Shown here piece by piece: positions 1 to 14,880 of a stretch of 64,000 bases of DNA; the first letter of the stretch is position 1, and each line of letters starts with the position of its first letter. Below the pieces are notes generated by a model. It searched no databases, was not told the DNA's origin, and was given only the letters and a program-made list of their open reading frames with translations. The stretch is from the human T2T-CHM13v2.0 reference genome, Homo sapiens: NCBI RefSeq assembly GCF_009914755.1, contig NC_060926.1; one strand, written 5' to 3'. Made by a program: the position numbers and the translations under genes.

Positions 1-1011
1 CATGTGTACCTTGAATATTTAATGAGTGGTCATGACATGCGGGCCCTGTGCTAGGTGCTCTTCTAACTGAGAAGGACTTTGGGGTTTAATTAACATAATT
101 CTTCATCGTGGAGTCCTTCGTTCATCAAAAATTTATGGAGTGCTTACTAAGTGCAGAGATAAAAATGACATGGTTTCTGGGTTCAAGAGGATTCTAGTCT
201 AGTGGAAGACCCTGAGCTCCAGAAACGTCAAGTGCCATGCCTAAAGCTACACACACCATTACTACAGAGGTACCAGACTTGGATCTCTTTACTCAAATAC
301 TTGATACTCATTTGAATCTTAGCATTCTAGAAATGTAGGGCTACAGGGTCATGCCACTCATTTGGAATTCAAATTCTTCAGCAACAGCTGTCAAATTGAA
401 TGTCCGTGGTATATTGGACAAGGGCTAGAGTGGCTCAAAAATGCCTGCTTATAAACATTTATCAGATGAATTGCTCTGAATTTTCTACTTACCAAAGATA
501 ATTGAATTTATTTTAGTGTGGCTTAAATATAGTAGACATCTTCAATAATGACAGAAACAGATGGTTTATATGGTGTAATTTCAGAGCTATGGAAAGGTCC
601 TCTGAGTCTTTTAAAAAAACAACTCCTTTCCCAGTATCCCAGTGTGCCTAAAATTTGACCACTACTATGTTGTTTTGATTGTCTCTTTGAGGAGGCTGAG
701 CTGAAGATAAATTTTAATGTAGGGGGAGTAGGTAGAGAAAGTGTAGGACACTTAGAACATAGTAGGCACTCAGTAATTGTTGCCCAAGTAATTGAATATT
801 TTAAATATAAATCAAGGTACAAAGTGCTATAAAACAGGGAAAGAATTCTTACTGCAGAGGGGGGAAGTTTCATAAAAATGTGACACTTCAAGCATTGATG
901 CATGGGTTGAGTATTAACAGGCAGAAACTAAGGTGGAAGAGCTTTCTAAAGAGAGGAAATGTTGCAAGCTTGGGTGAACTAGTGTAAAAGCAAGACATAA
1001 TTTACATAAAG

Positions 1012-1564
1012 CAATGGTTCTCAAAGTGCGGTCCAAGGATTTCAGGGGTTCTCCACAACATTTTCAGGGCATCCACGAGATAAAAATAAACTCTTTTTAT
1101 AATAATACTAAGACGTTATCTGCCTTTTCACTTTCGTATTCTCATAAGCCTACAGTGGAGCTTTCTGGAGGCTCCGAGATGTGTGATAGTGCCAGAGCCT
1201 GAATGGAGAAGCATTTAGGAGAATCTAGCTGTCGTCTGTTAAGCCAGACAGCAGAGAAATTTGCAGAGATATAAAACTACTGTTTTCACTCAATATTCTG
1301 TTTTATTTCATAAAGAATGGTTATTTTTCATCTTATTTATATCAATATATAATGGATTTTTCTTCTTTTTAAATTAATGCTTCAATATTTAAAAAATTTC
1401 AGTTTAATTTCTAATGGGAGTAAATACTGATAGACATAACCCACTCAACCATGAACTGTGGGGAGGGAGTGCTGGCTATTTGTCAAAATAGCATATTTGG
1501 CAGTATTGAAAACACTGTGCTTTGTAAAGGAGAGGAAGAATTTGTGGTCCTCAATAGTATTTTT
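1012..1564. mobile_element. hAT-Charlie DNA transposon remnant (Charlie4a-like), one end lost
   Basis: Starts CAATGGTTCTCAAAGTGCGGTCC (Charlie-type terminus). Internal ATAATACTAAGACGTTAT..GCC, GAGAATCTAGCTGTC..TTAAGCCAGAC and GGTCCTCAATA blocks match the recalled consensus. Abuts MER4A. Confidence 0.7.
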
Positions 1565-1999
1565 CACAGCTTGGTTTTATACATTTTAGGGAGACATGAG
1601 ACATCAATCAATATACATAAAATGTATATTAATTTTGTCTGGACAGGTGGAGCAACTTGAAGCCTTGAAGCGGGGAGGGGGCTTCCAGGTCATAGGTAGA
1701 TAAGAAGCAAATGGTTGCATTCTTTTTAGTTTCTGATTAGCTTTTCCAAAGGAGGCAATCAGATATGCATTATTCTTAGTGAGCAGAAGGATGACTTTGA
1801 GTTCTGTTTGTTCTTGTCCACAAGGAAATTCCCTGTGAGGGGGTTTGTAGCTTTTTTTTTTTTTTTTTTTTTTTTTAATCTTAGTAGCTATCTTTTCAAG
1901 GAATAGAATGGGAGGCAAGTTTGCCCTAAGCAGTTCCCAGCTTGACTTTTCCCTTTAGCTTAGTGATTTTGGGGTCCCAGGATTTATTTTCATTTCACA
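1565..1999 (-). mobile_element. MER4A-type ERV1 LTR, 3'-truncated
   Basis: Reverse complement begins TGTGAAATGAAAATAAATCCTGGGACCCCAAAATCACTAAGCTAAAGGGAAAAGTCAAGCTGGGAACTGCTTAGGGCAAAC, the MER4A 5' end. Internal poly-T at ~1852-1876. Confidence 0.88.
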
Positions 2000-2380
2000 G
2001 GTATATGATGTCAGTCACGATACACCAGGGAAGGCAGGTTACGGTCTTGATTGCCACTAACAGAGTGTTGGTTCCATTCTGTAAGCAAAGAGGAGCCATT
2101 GGAGGTTTGCGGGGAGAGATCACCACAATCAGAGTTGTGAGTTGGAAGAAACTCTGGCAAGAGCGTGAAGGATGGGTTAGAGTAGAGAAGGGATTAAAGA
2201 CCAGAAATGCCACATACAGGGCTCTGACAGTGTCCCGCTGAGAAGGATTGAGGGAATGAAGACCTGACCTAAGGCAGCAGCAGTGGGAATGTAAAGAAGG
2301 TAAGGGACTCTTTAAGGTATTAGTGAGCTTGACGATTGCTTGAATATAAGGCAGAAGGAAGAATCAACGGTGACTCCAAA
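2000..2380 (+). mobile_element. L2 LINE fragment
   Basis: Purine-rich L2-like motifs (GGAGCCATTGGAGGTTTG, GACCTAAGGCAGCAGCAGTGGGAATG, GGTGACTCCAAAT). Confidence 0.55.
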
Positions 2381-2449
2381 TTTGCTTGCTATATCAACAC
2401 AATTATCACACACATTATTTGAGTTCTTACTAAATGCAAAGCCTGGGCC

Positions 2450-2670
2450 AGGTGTTATTAAAATGCCAGACTGCTTCATTTCAGATACTGGCTTCAGTGG
2501 TTCCCATCTATGCTGGGCAAGTCACTTAGCTCTTCATGCCTCACTTTCCTCATCCGTAAAATGGCAAGAACATTAGTACCTACTTTATTAGGTGGATGTG
2601 AAGTGAATTATCACTAATAAAGTGCTTGAAAAGGTGCCTGGCTCACAGCCAACCCTTAATAAATGTTTGT
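2450..2670 (+). mobile_element. MIR SINE
   Basis: Core TGGGCAAGTCACTTAGCTCTTCATGCCTCACTTTCCTCATCCGTAAAATGG, and 3' AAAGTGCTT..GTGCCTGGC. Confidence 0.8.
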
Positions 2671-2887
2671 TCAGGAAAAGATGGTGTGTAGGAGATATGA
2701 GGATGCAGAAACCGAGAGTCATAGGTGTCTTGCTCCTATATGGAAGTGCAGGAAGGTCAATCACATTTATTGAATCATTAAAAATGAAAGGGTTCTTATA
2801 TACCCAATCTCTAGTTCCCATACTTACATCTTTCATATAGAGGATAGGGTTGGAGACATTGGCTGTTAGAAATCTTCGTAAATTTTT

Positions 2888-3190
2888 GGCTGGGTGCGGT
2901 GGCTCACTCCTGTAATTCCAGCACTTTGGGAGGCTGAGGAGGTGGATCACTTGAGGTCAGGAGTTTGAGACCAACCTGGCCAACATGATGAAATCCTTTC
3001 TCTACTAAAAATAGAAAAATTGGTCAGGCATGGGTGTGCATGCCTGTAATCCCAGCTACTCAGGAGGCTGAGGCAGGAGGATCGCTTGAACCCAGGAGGC
3101 AGAGGTGCAGTAAGCCAAGATCATGCCATTGCACTCCAGCCTGGGCGACAGAGCAAATTCCATTTAAAAAAAAAAAAGAAAGAAAAGAAA
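2888..3190 (+). mobile_element. Alu (AluS-type), full length
   Basis: GGCTGGGTGCGGTGGCTCAC start, dimeric structure and A-tail. Degenerate TSD AGAAATCTTCGTAAATTTTT / AGAAAGCTTCAATAATTTTT. Confidence 0.97.
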
Positions 3191-4249
3191 GCTTCAATAA
3201 TTTTTTCAGAAGAATTTTTCTTTTGTTGATTTAAATGTTAGCCAGGTGCTTTACTTAATCAAGGACTTCAAAGAGCAGAGCAGAGTGACCACCTGTGGGT
3301 TGGGGATGTGGGAGACCATGGGAAAGTGGTAGGAAGTAGAGAAGGTTGTGATTAGTGGCTTATGCAAAATGGCCTTCTGTTTTCTCCTTAAATTCATGTG
3401 AATTTTGCATTTTATTCTGTAATATATCTGAGTTTATTTTGATACATAAAGGTCTTTTAAATTACTTACTATCTAGGAAAAACAATGCTTCAGAAAGAGG
3501 CTCCATGTTTATGGAGTACCTCCAGCTCTCTGCTGCATATTCCCAGCGGTCCTCTGGTTTGAGCAGTACTGATTTAACCCAATTATACAGCCCCAGTAGG
3601 AGAAAAAAAAATACTTTAAAAATCAACTCAGTTGATGCTTTAGTTCTTTGCAGGAGAAACAATGAATCATAAAGATTAATTGTGTCTTTTCTTGTGAGTT
3701 TAATAAATAATATCAGTTTACAGGAAGGATGAAAAGTTGATATATGTAATTAATGCTGAACAAAAATGCTATAAAGATTTGTACAAAATGCTGTCTTTTT
3801 AAATATATGGAGGGGTGCTTTTATTTTAAAATTCATGAAGTCTTGAGTAAGCTCAGCAACATTTTCCTGCAAAGGTAATTGAAGAACCCTTCACACAGCC
3901 ATCCACCCAAAAAGAAAAGGGATAAAGAAGTTCTACAAATAAACTAAGCGTTTTGGATTGCATTAGGTCCTAGGGAAAGGAATTTAACTTGGATTTCAAT
4001 TATAAATAAATTTTGGAAAGTTTGCTTGAATGAGTTCTTGCTAGTATGAAGGGAGAGAATGCACCAATATAACAGACAGATCAGGTGGTCACCATCTTGA
4101 TTTTGTGGTTAACCTCGGCGTTCCCAGTGGTGAACAAGTTGGCACTGTGTGCACCCTGTTGGGATGCAATATTAAGTAAGAAGCATTGCCTGTCAGTTAT
4201 TCTTAGAAAACATTTTTAACTGAATCTAATCACAGTGTCAGGTCTGACT

Positions 4250-5075
<826 letters not shown>

Positions 5076-5104
5076 AATTTTGCTGTAGAAAAAACTTATA
5101 TATA

Positions 5105-5400
5105 TTCATTTATTCAAACATTCACTGTCTATAATTTGCACAACCATCACATGCCAAGTACTATGTTAAATGTTAGGGAGACAGTGGTGAGAACAATAGA
5201 CAGGGCCCTTTTGCTGTTGTGAAATTTTAATTTGAGACAGAACACTACTAAACAGTGAGACATGCAAATAAGTGAATAGTCATGTATTGCAATATGTTAT
5301 TAAAAAAACAAGAATAAAGTTCATGAGAGCGAGTGACAGAGGAGACATAATTGGGATGAGGGTAGAGTGAGTGCCTGGGATGATCTTTCCAGAAAAGCAG
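5105..5400 (+). mobile_element. L2 3' fragment
   Basis: TTCATTTATTCAAACATT..ATGCCAAGTACTATGTTAAATGTTAGGGAGACAGTGGTGA pattern of the L2 end. Confidence 0.6.
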
Positions 5401-5718
5401 CTTCTTTCCAAGAGGTTCCTTGGGACCCTTCAGTCCCCAGCAATGTCTCTGTCCCACAGCCTCCTGGGTCTTCACACTGTTCCTTCAGCACTTCTTCGGG
5501 CAGCAGTTCCCTTCCTGTGCATTTAATCTTGGCATCTCAGTTGGATGGTATGCTCCCTTGAAGGTGAATCTTTGATCTATTCGTCTCTACATTCCTCAAA
5601 GCCCCATGTCACACAGGAGTTTGATATTTACTAAATAACTATATTTGTGCAGTTCTTTGTACCTTTGAGATTCCTTTTCTATGAATGAACTCATTTGATG
5701 TGAACTTTAAAATGGCCT

Positions 5719-6223
5719 TGTGATAGTTCGTTTTATGAATCCTCTTGGCTAGGTTAGGGCACCTGGCTGTTTGGTCCAACACTGGTCTAAATGTTGCTTG
5801 AAGGTATATGTGGATGCGATTAATTTTACAATGAATTGACTTTAAGTAAAGCCAATTACCATCCATAATGTGGGTTGGTTCTTATCTAATCAGTTGAAGG
5901 CCTTAAGATGAAGATTTTTAAAAAAGAAGCAATTCTGCCTCAAGATTGCCACCTGGAAACCCTGCTTGACTTCCCAGTCTACTCCTGCCCTATGGAATTC
6001 AGACAGTAACACCAATTCTTACTGGAATGTCCAGCCTGCTGACCTTACAAACAGATGTTGGACTTGCCGTTCCCCATGACTATGTGAACTTATCCTTAAA
6101 ATAAATATCTCTCTCTCTGTCTGTCTGTCTCTGTGTGTGTGTGTGTTTATATATATTTGTATATACACACACATACTATTACTTCTAGTGGTTCTATTTT
6201 GCTAAAGAACTTTGGCTAGTACA
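5719..6223 (+). mobile_element. MLT2 (ERVL) solo LTR, MLT2D-like
   Basis: TGTGAT..TACA termini, CCATCCATAATGTGGGT..AATCAGTTGAAGGCCTTAAG core, and a (CT)/(GT)/(TA) microsatellite after AATAAA as usual in MLT2. Confidence 0.85.
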
Positions 6224-7293
6224 AGCCCTGGGAGATAAGGACAGTTACTTTTCCCACTTTACAGATATCTAAAGAGAGGCATGGAGCGGTTACACAGTTA
6301 ATCCAAGGTTCCACACTGAGTTTGTGAGACCTGAAGGAAGCAAGTTCCTTCTAACTCAGTTTTTAAAATGGAGGCAGCTGCTTGATAAAATATCCATCTG
6401 ATAGCTGAGAGAGCTTGAATGTCTGAGAGTGACAGTTTAACAACATTTTCTCTCTTTGGCACTATACTGGGTCTGGATGTTAATCTGGGTGACCCTGAAG
6501 GGTTTCCAGGATCCACACACATATTTAACAATCACTGTTTAGATGGGCTTTCTTCAAAGGATAGATAAGCCTTCAGCTGAGCGAAACAATCACCTCACTG
6601 TAAATGCGTATGGGGACATGAAACCATCAGCAAGATGAAAGATTTTTATCCTTTGCAGTCTGTAATGAAAGCCTGAAAAGGATTTCTCTTGAGAGATTCC
6701 CTTTTTGATGGATTTTCTTTGTTTACAATGAACCTGGGACTTAAATATTGTAGGCTATTCTTGCTTGACCGAATAACTGAACCACAATATCTGGAACAAT
6801 AACTTGGGTGTTATTTGAAGTATAGTGGCCCGAATCTTGATTCAGTTCATACTAGGTGGAAAATTAAACAAGAAACAATTACAGTCTACTGGCTCCCTAT
6901 ACAGTGGGCTCCCGAATCTCACAGGCAAGTGAGAGGGTATGCTCCTCCAAGCCTCTGGGTGGGACAGTCCTGTGTACGTGGTTTGGAGAAAGGTCTGATC
7001 TTCTCCTTATCAGGATTACATTTCTCTTTGATGCCTGGACTAAGCTGTTTCCTCTTGCCAAGAGGTTAGGAACCTGCAACCCAAGGGTAAATGTAGGCTT
7101 AACTGCCTTCCTTCTCTGCTCATCTATTGGAAAATCAAGGGAGTCTAAACTTTTCTATGGAGTCTGCTACCCACAAGATTGCTGGGCTCCCATGCATGGC
7201 ATGGCCATGGTATTGGGCCCTGGCACTCCACTTTCCCAAAGTGTGTGTTGTCTTGTACGAGCTCCTTTACATTCTTTGCCTTATTTTGCTTAG

Positions 7294-7585
<292 letters not shown>

Positions 7586-10500
7586 CTTCACAGAATTCTT
7601 AAGAGGATGAAAGGACACCAAATAACATTAATCAAATAATATTAATCAGCAACATTTACTGAACACCAAGCTTGGAACAGCACTGAGCCAATCATTTCAC
7701 ATTTTTTATCCTGCCTGAAAGTCTCAGCAATTGCACACAGGCAGGTGCAATTGGTCCTGTTTTAAAGATGAGGCAATGGCAGCTAGGCAGGTTCAGGGCC
7801 TTTCCAGTGTTCCCTTATTGAGTCATTGGCAAGCCATATAATACTACACTCCGTGACTCAGGAACCCACCAGGGGTGCTCAGGACAAGTTGTTTTTCTCC
7901 TCCTTGGTGTAGTTTCTTGCCCCCTTTTCTTCCTGCTCCTCTTGAGGCCTCTTAAATGGAATCCCCAACAGAAGTAGTATAAGGGGTACAGTGTTTCTGC
8001 TCTAGCTGATGGGGTCTCCCTGAAGTGAGACTAAAAACTTAGGATCTTTCCATGCCAGAAATGGGGGAGGGTATATCTAATGCAAAGAGAAATAAAGTCA
8101 TTTCATTCTCTAAGTGCCACTGTGTTCTATGTTCCCAAGAAATTATAAGCTGCTGGAGGTAAGGGAGCAAGTCTGTTAACTTACAGTAGACTCCTGGGTT
8201 TTCTGTTAAACAAATGATTTTGATGAGGAAGTTGCAGTTTCCTCCAATGATAATCTGCCCTGTGTATTGCCTGTCTCATTGTCAAACTCAGCTGGTAGGG
8301 CTTTGTGAGTTCTCATGAAAAGCTTTATTTCCAGGCAATGAGAAAGTTTAAGGTCAGAAGGACACAGTGCTGAGAATGTAAAAGCTCGTGGGATTTGTTG
8401 AGTGATGAGACCCTCTTTAGCACATAGAAAAACAGAAAGCCCTTTCTACCTGTCAAACTAAAAATTTATCGAGACAAGTGAAAAACAAACACAGGAAAAA
8501 TTATTCTGCAATCATTACGCTTTCAGGCTTCCCATTCCATTGGAAAAAAAAAACCACAAACATTCTCCATCAGCAAGGGGCAAAAGATGAATATTGTAGT
8601 CAATGGGATAGGATGAAAGGAGACACCCGGCATATATAGTAGAAGATTGGACTGGTATGGGAACTTAAGGCCTAAGGCATTGTTGCTGTCCTTGTTAAAC
8701 ACAGTGTGCTAGAGGTCATGCTTAAGATTTCAGCAGATGAACAGTGAAGTATCTACATAAGGAGCGGTAAGCCCTACTTTGTATCTAAACATCATAGATG
8801 TCAAGTAATAGTCTCCCAAGGGCATGGCTGGCTAGTTGTCTGGAGTGTGGATCAAGAGAGACAGGATTATATTACATGCTCTGGTATATTACATTAAGCT
8901 GGGTCCTGATTCAGGGCCAATATTTTAGTTCACTGATGCTTGTTGCCTCGGATCTCTCTCTGGCTGAATGGCTGAATTTATCTCCCTGAAGAAACATGGT
9001 GGTAAGTCTCATGAGCAGTCCATAGACTATGAAACAAAATGCTGCAGCATTTTTCTGTCTCAGGATAGAGACATGTAGGAAAATGAGCACTGGGCTGAGA
9101 GTCACATGTACTATATTCTAGACCTGACACTGCCGTCAAGCAGGTGTTTCACTCAGGGCAAATCTGTTGTATTCACGAAAAAACTCCATTTTCTAATCTA
9201 TAAACTGAGAGAAAATGATGGTTTTCCTAAAATTATAAGCAACCAGAAAACCCGATATAAACAAGAGATAAATTCAGAGAGCCACTTGTTGTGTAACAGA
9301 CAAGGGACTGGGGACACATCACTCACCTTGTCTTCTGCTTCTTCCCACTAACCATCCCTTCAAGTGGCTTGTACGAATATTTAGGGATCCATAGTTCCCA
9401 AAATAGCTTCCCACGCTAATCCAGAGATCGCGAAGCAGAAATGTCAGGGTTTTATTACTGTGATTTTAGATTTGTGGGCCTTCTCCTAAGATTGCAGTAG
9501 GAGAATGACTCCTGAAGGTGATTTTTACAAAGAAGATAGAAATGTGCAGGGGGATGTTCTGCAATGCCCAGAGTTTACAAACATTTTAGTCCTTCTCTAC
9601 AGTGTGGAAAACTGTATTTATTTTTCTTCAAATTAAACTATATTGATAAAATGTTATCATCTGGGTCATGGTTGTATATTGTTTTTGGTTAAAAAAAAAT
9701 CCACTCTGTTGGTCAGTTTCAAAAGGAACAGTGTGTAAAGACAAAAGCTTATTTAGTAGATGTTTTGTCCTGACTCGGAGAAGAAAAGAAGCAGTGGGGA
9801 AATAACAGCAGACATTTGTGGAAAGAGTTGTGTTAAGGCTCTTGAGTGAGGGCTCTTGTTAGACCAAACTGTCAGGTAAAAAAAAAAACAGGAAGTGGAG
9901 AGATGGACACGTTTGAACCCTTGGTTTTCTTTCTTTGTTTAAAGAATGTGTCTACGTTATGAATAGATTTTATAGAATCATAAAGTATTGAAATGTTAAA
10001 GGTAGCAAAGATCAAAATGATTTTCTCCCAAGTGTGGCTTTAGATTTTGAGAAAGAAGCTTTTCCTTTTCCTTTTAATGAATGTTCATACATAAGCAAAG
10101 GATTTTGATCTTTTGAGTAGCCACTTTAGAGAATGTTCTTTGCAATGTACATACAGTTTTGGAAAGACTAGCAAAGCCACTCTGAGAAAGAGCATGTATT
10201 AGTACATTGGGGTAGAATAAGAAATCTAAACAATTTCTCTCAATTTATCAAGATAATTTTATCAATACTGGCCCATTATCAAAAATTATTTTTGAGGTTA
10301 CTAAACAGTTTTCAATTGAACTAGAATTACTTGTGTACTTTAGTGATTATATATATATTTGTACTACCATTTTACTCAAAAGAGAGAATGCAATCAATTA
10401 AACCACATGTCTGGAAAAAAAAGGCCACATTTTAGCAATTATTTTACTATAAAGAAGTGTTGCATGTAGAGTCACTGTCAATTACTAGAAATAATTACAT

Positions 10501-11371
10501 ATTTTCTTGGGTAATTTCTTGGTAATTAAAGTGTCACTGAAGCATAAGATGCTTTGCTAATGAAAAGATTAAAAAAACTCATATGAGTTTATCACTTTTT
10601 GTTGAAATGTGGTTCAATGTTTATTATCATAATTTCTGATTGTTATTGTATAACCTTGAATGGTATTAATGCACAAATCATGAATGTAAGCCAAGTAATA
10701 GCTCACTGAGTAAAAAATACATCACTCGAGGTGGTGCAATAGCAATCAAAATTATGACAATAAACATTAAACCATGTTTCAAAAAGAAAGAACAAAACAG
10801 TCTTAATATATTTTTTCCTCCTGATTTTGAAAGAATTCATGACACTAATTGCAAAAAAATTACCAAAGAGAAAAAACAAACAAATGTTGCACTATTTATT
10901 TCCAAACATTCCATACTTAATAGTATAAATGAACAAAACTGTAAACATAATTTTTAAAAATAAGGAGATTTCCAAAATGGGACTTGGAGCCATTTTTCAC
11001 ATCTGGCATACTATAGAAAAGGCAACACACTATTTTCTATTTTGAACCTAATAATATTAACTCACCCTCAGCTAGGTGAGGGTTTTCAGTTTTTACTTTA
11101 GAAGGAGGAGATGCATTTAAATTAACTCACTCTTTGATTTCCCATTCTTCTTGAGACTAGTAAAGATATGAAAAGAGAGTGAATGTGCCCTTCTTGTTTC
11201 CAGATTTATGGATGTTTTGTGGGAGGAAGTACAGAAACTCAGTAAATTTCATAGGAATGCAGGCAAGTTCATCTCAAGCAATATTCACCTTGGGATGCCC
11301 AGTGAAAGAAAACCTTAGAAGAAAGGTATAAGATAAGTACATTTCGAAGATGAAAAAATTAGGAGTTGGTG

Positions 11372-11580
11372 TAATGGTGTCATAGAGCTGGTTATTCCAG
11401 CTTGCAAGAGTCAGTTTTGTGCATCTCTTTTCAACTCTATTTTTAGTGACCTCCCTCTTGTTGGAAGCTTGAAATTGGTCATGGTCGGGATAGTTACACA
11501 ATGGAAATTGAAAAATGTAACCAAAAAGGGCTCTTTTTTTTTTTTTTTTTTGGAGAGCCAGTTTTTCAGCACACTACTAG
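11372..11580. mobile_element. MER63-like hAT-Blackjack non-autonomous element
   Basis: TGCATCTCTTTTCAACTC..AGTGAC..GCTTGAAATTGGTCATGGT..TTACACAATGGAAATTG..AGGGCT(T)n GGAGAGCCAG..CAGCACACTACT matches the recalled MER63A layout. Confidence 0.75.
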
Positions 11581-12413
11581 TGGAAAGAGAATTGGATCAT
11601 GGATTTTAAAGTCATGTCAATCAAAATAGGGATCAATGTAGAGGTCAGATAGATAATGTCAAGTAGAGGCAGGCATTTGCATTTATTTACCTTGTTGAAA
11701 ATGACCCCTAGTTTGATGGATAACCTGAATCAATTGGGAGAATCTGGTCCAGTGCTTTTGATTTGACTCTTTACCATTCACATGAAGCTCTCAATAAAGA
11801 TATGACTTCAGTTCCCCCTTCCTCCCACACACTCTTATTAGTCATTAATCTTTCTTCAAAAATCCAACAGAAAAGAAGATTCTCAAAAGGTACGTTTGCA
11901 AGACATCTTATATGACACTCCTTTAATTTTCCAAGGAGTCATCACCACTTAGTGAAAGTTCATGCACACCGTGCGATAGAAGGCATCCCATGGTCTGGAC
12001 CCCCAGGCTGTCTGCATTGCCACTCCCAATTCTGCACCACACTAGTGCCTTGCTCTTATCAGATTCCTCCTCCTTCCCTCTCAGTCTGTTATACATGTTG
12101 GGCGCAAACAGATCTAAGTGCCTTTGCCAAGATTGTTCTCCCACTTCTTTACCACCTGTCTAACCTTCAAGACTAAACCAAAGTCACACTCCTCAGAGAA
12201 ACCTTTCCCCACAGTAGCTCATTTTGTCTGCAATACTCATTGACTTATGTATCAAACTACCAAGCACTGAGAGCTTTACTTAGTGGTGATTCAGTAAATA
12301 TTTTTGTACAACTTGGAGTGGCAGTTCCCAGTAAGCTCCACATCCTACAGCCAAGGGTTCCCATTAACCTTGGAAAAAGTTTGGGAATTTACTGTTTTCA
12401 TGAATAAAGGGAT

Positions 12414-12890
12414 TGTCACCCACAAAATGGGTTGGTTCAGTTGCCTGGTGGGTATCAACCCAATGATCACAACCAAGGAGGATTTAGCAAGGAGATTTTA
12501 TTACTTGTAACAAGTAAGAGAATACCAGGGACAGCTCCCAAAGTAGTGTCTACCCAAGCTAGGGGCTGGGTCAGGTTTTATAAGCATAGGGTAATGAGGT
12601 ATGGTCTGACTAGATCTTGCAATGAACTGATGAAGTGATGCAGGGAGGCAGGATCTGATTGGATCCTGCCACGGGGGTGATGCCAGAGCTCCATCTGATT
12701 GGACAATAGATCTTACCTTATGGTGTCCACTTAAGTCAGTCCCCACTCCTTGGTCCCAGCACTTAGGTTCCCCCAGTGGTTGCATGCTTGGTTCATCTGG
12801 ACATCTTCGGCTTACATGACCTGAGGGCCCATGGCAAAAGAAAAACACTGTTATATAAAAGTTGAACCAGATTGGTCTGGTGTGTCTGCA
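12414..12890 (-). mobile_element. LTR47-like solo LTR
   Basis: TG..CA termini flanked by a GGAT direct repeat. Reverse complement contains CACCAGACCAATCTGGTTCAACTTTTAT. Repeated CTGATTGG (CCAAT) boxes. Confidence 0.8.
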
Positions 12891-14379
12891 GGATGAGGGG
12901 AAAGTGAAGAAGAGAGGGCATCTATTCAGGATCAGATTGTAGTCGAATTCTCAGAACTCTTTAATTCAGGATTAATATTTGTGGCTAGATAAGTTTACTT
13001 TGTAGCATTATGCTACAGAGAGACTAAGCTAAGATCATTAACAAATTCTGACTTATAGCCAAGAATTGAGTCTTGGGAACCCAGATTTACATTTTAGTCT
13101 AATTGCTGAGGGATGAATGTCTAACTGGACCCACTGGGAGAAAGGGTTAAAAGCATTTTTGTATATTTGCAATCCTAGTTCTTCTTTTCCAAGTCTTCCT
13201 GTTTGTCATCTTCAAATAACTACATTATAATTTATTAATAAATATTTACATTTTAAAGTGGAAATATTTAAATATGACTTTCATTGGGATTTCATCTTCA
13301 TAATATTTGCTTTATTGTTACTTTCTTTTCTTGGGTAGTTACCTGATTTTTATTTGTTGTTATTGTTAATCCACCTTTTAAAATCCAATGATCTAATTCT
13401 ACACAGAGTGTTTTAGAGAGATTTACTTAGGGTTTTGAAGTTGCTAGACCCACATCTGAACATCTAATCACTTCCCTCTCATCTCCTTGTACTGTTGAAC
13501 TTTCCTGATTTGTGTCCCTGGGTAAGTCTTGTTTTCATTTTTCTGGAGAACAGCATTGTCTTAAACATTTCTGTCTCCTCACTTTGCTCAAATGTATTTC
13601 TTTTGGCAGGAATCCTAACCTGCCTGGATTTGCTTTGGTGTGGGTGTTACCTCAGCTTTCCTTCAGCCAAAATTTTGTATGGCTTTGCCAGTTTGGAGAG
13701 CCAAGCTCTCTCTTCTGACTGGAGATTATAAAATGGCAAAGATAAGTGCTCAAGGCACTTTTCCTGAGATGATGATTTAAATTTATCATGCTCTCCTGGG
13801 GTCCTTGAGAAATAGGCCACTCTGTGATCATTTTTGAGCACTTGCCAGCATGCCTGAAATATGAGGAGAGGGAGAAGATGTGTCTGCTTTTCTAATTAGT
13901 TTTTTCCTCTAGTAAGTCATATCCCCTTCCTTTTAAGTGACGGAAAACATTAGAGTTCTTAAGAGATGTCTATTTTCCACTGGGGTTTACATCATCGTTT
14001 TATCTAATTATTTCCCAATTACAAATAATAATTAAACCAAATGGTGATGCAAACTGGAGCAGTAACAATGTATCTTTTTAGAGGAGCTCCCCAAAGGAGA
14101 CATAGAACACCAGGGTTGAAAATTCTTTGTTCAGTCTCAACAGTGAGTCTTCAAGGATGCATAAGTCACAAGTCTTGATTTTCAAACCATGTCTGATGTT
14201 CCTTGGCCCAGACCTAAGAGGGAAGACCGAAGAGTCCAGTATTCAACTGTTTTTGACACCTCAATATTGTTTCAGTAGTTGAAATAAACAGTTCTGCAGA
14301 AGTTAATAACTGTTGATTGAATTATTTTAATGGGAAATATCTAGGATGATACTTAACCAAGAGTCAGAAGACCCAAATC

Positions 14380-14495
14380 TGGAGTGATAATATGCCTGAG
14401 TTTGCCAGGAAAGTCCTGGCAAGACTCTTGTCTTGGCATTATTAAGGATGTTGTCTGGCACTCCCCTTTTCACTGTCAGGGTGTTCTAGTTTAAA
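14380..14495. mobile_element. Possible MER94-like hAT fragment
   Basis: GAGTTTGCCAGGAAAGTCCTGG..TTGTCTTGGCATTATT..CCCCTTTTCACTGTCAGGGTGTTCTAGTTT resembles MER94. Confidence 0.4.
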
Positions 14496-14699
14496 CTCTT
14501 TACAACTTGCCAGGTGGACAAATGGAATGAGATTAGACTTAAATACTCTTATTGATTCTTACAAGTGTTAATGGATATCTATCTGCAAGATTCTAAGTCT
14601 TGAAACAAGTTACTCAAATGGTATTTCTCAACCTCAGACATCTTATTTAAGACCCAATAAGAAACTAACAAATTGAAATATGCACTTCTCATGATCATG

Positions 14700-14880
14700 C
14701 TTAATATAAAAACTAAATTTGTAAAGCTTCTACAAGAAAATATAAGAGAATATCTTTTTGCCTATCTTGATATAGGGAAATAATTTTAGATGAGACTTCA
14801 TAAAAATTAAAAACATTCTGCTCTTCAAAGACATTATTAAGAAAGTGAAAAGCCACAGACAGGGAAAATTATACCTCAAT
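14700..14880 (+). mobile_element. Old L1M ORF2 fragment
   Basis: AAAGCTTCTACAAGAAAATATAAGAGAATATCTT..ATAAAAATTAAAAACATTCTGCTCTTCAAAGACATTATTAAGAAAGTGAAAAG is L1 ORF2 C-terminal sequence. Confidence 0.7.

Noticed and set aside
6298-6930. Non-repeat island with a minus-strand acceptor (~6852) and protein-looking frames
   Set aside because: Plausible-looking translations occur on both strands with several stops and no good donor, so it is indistinguishable from chance without a search.
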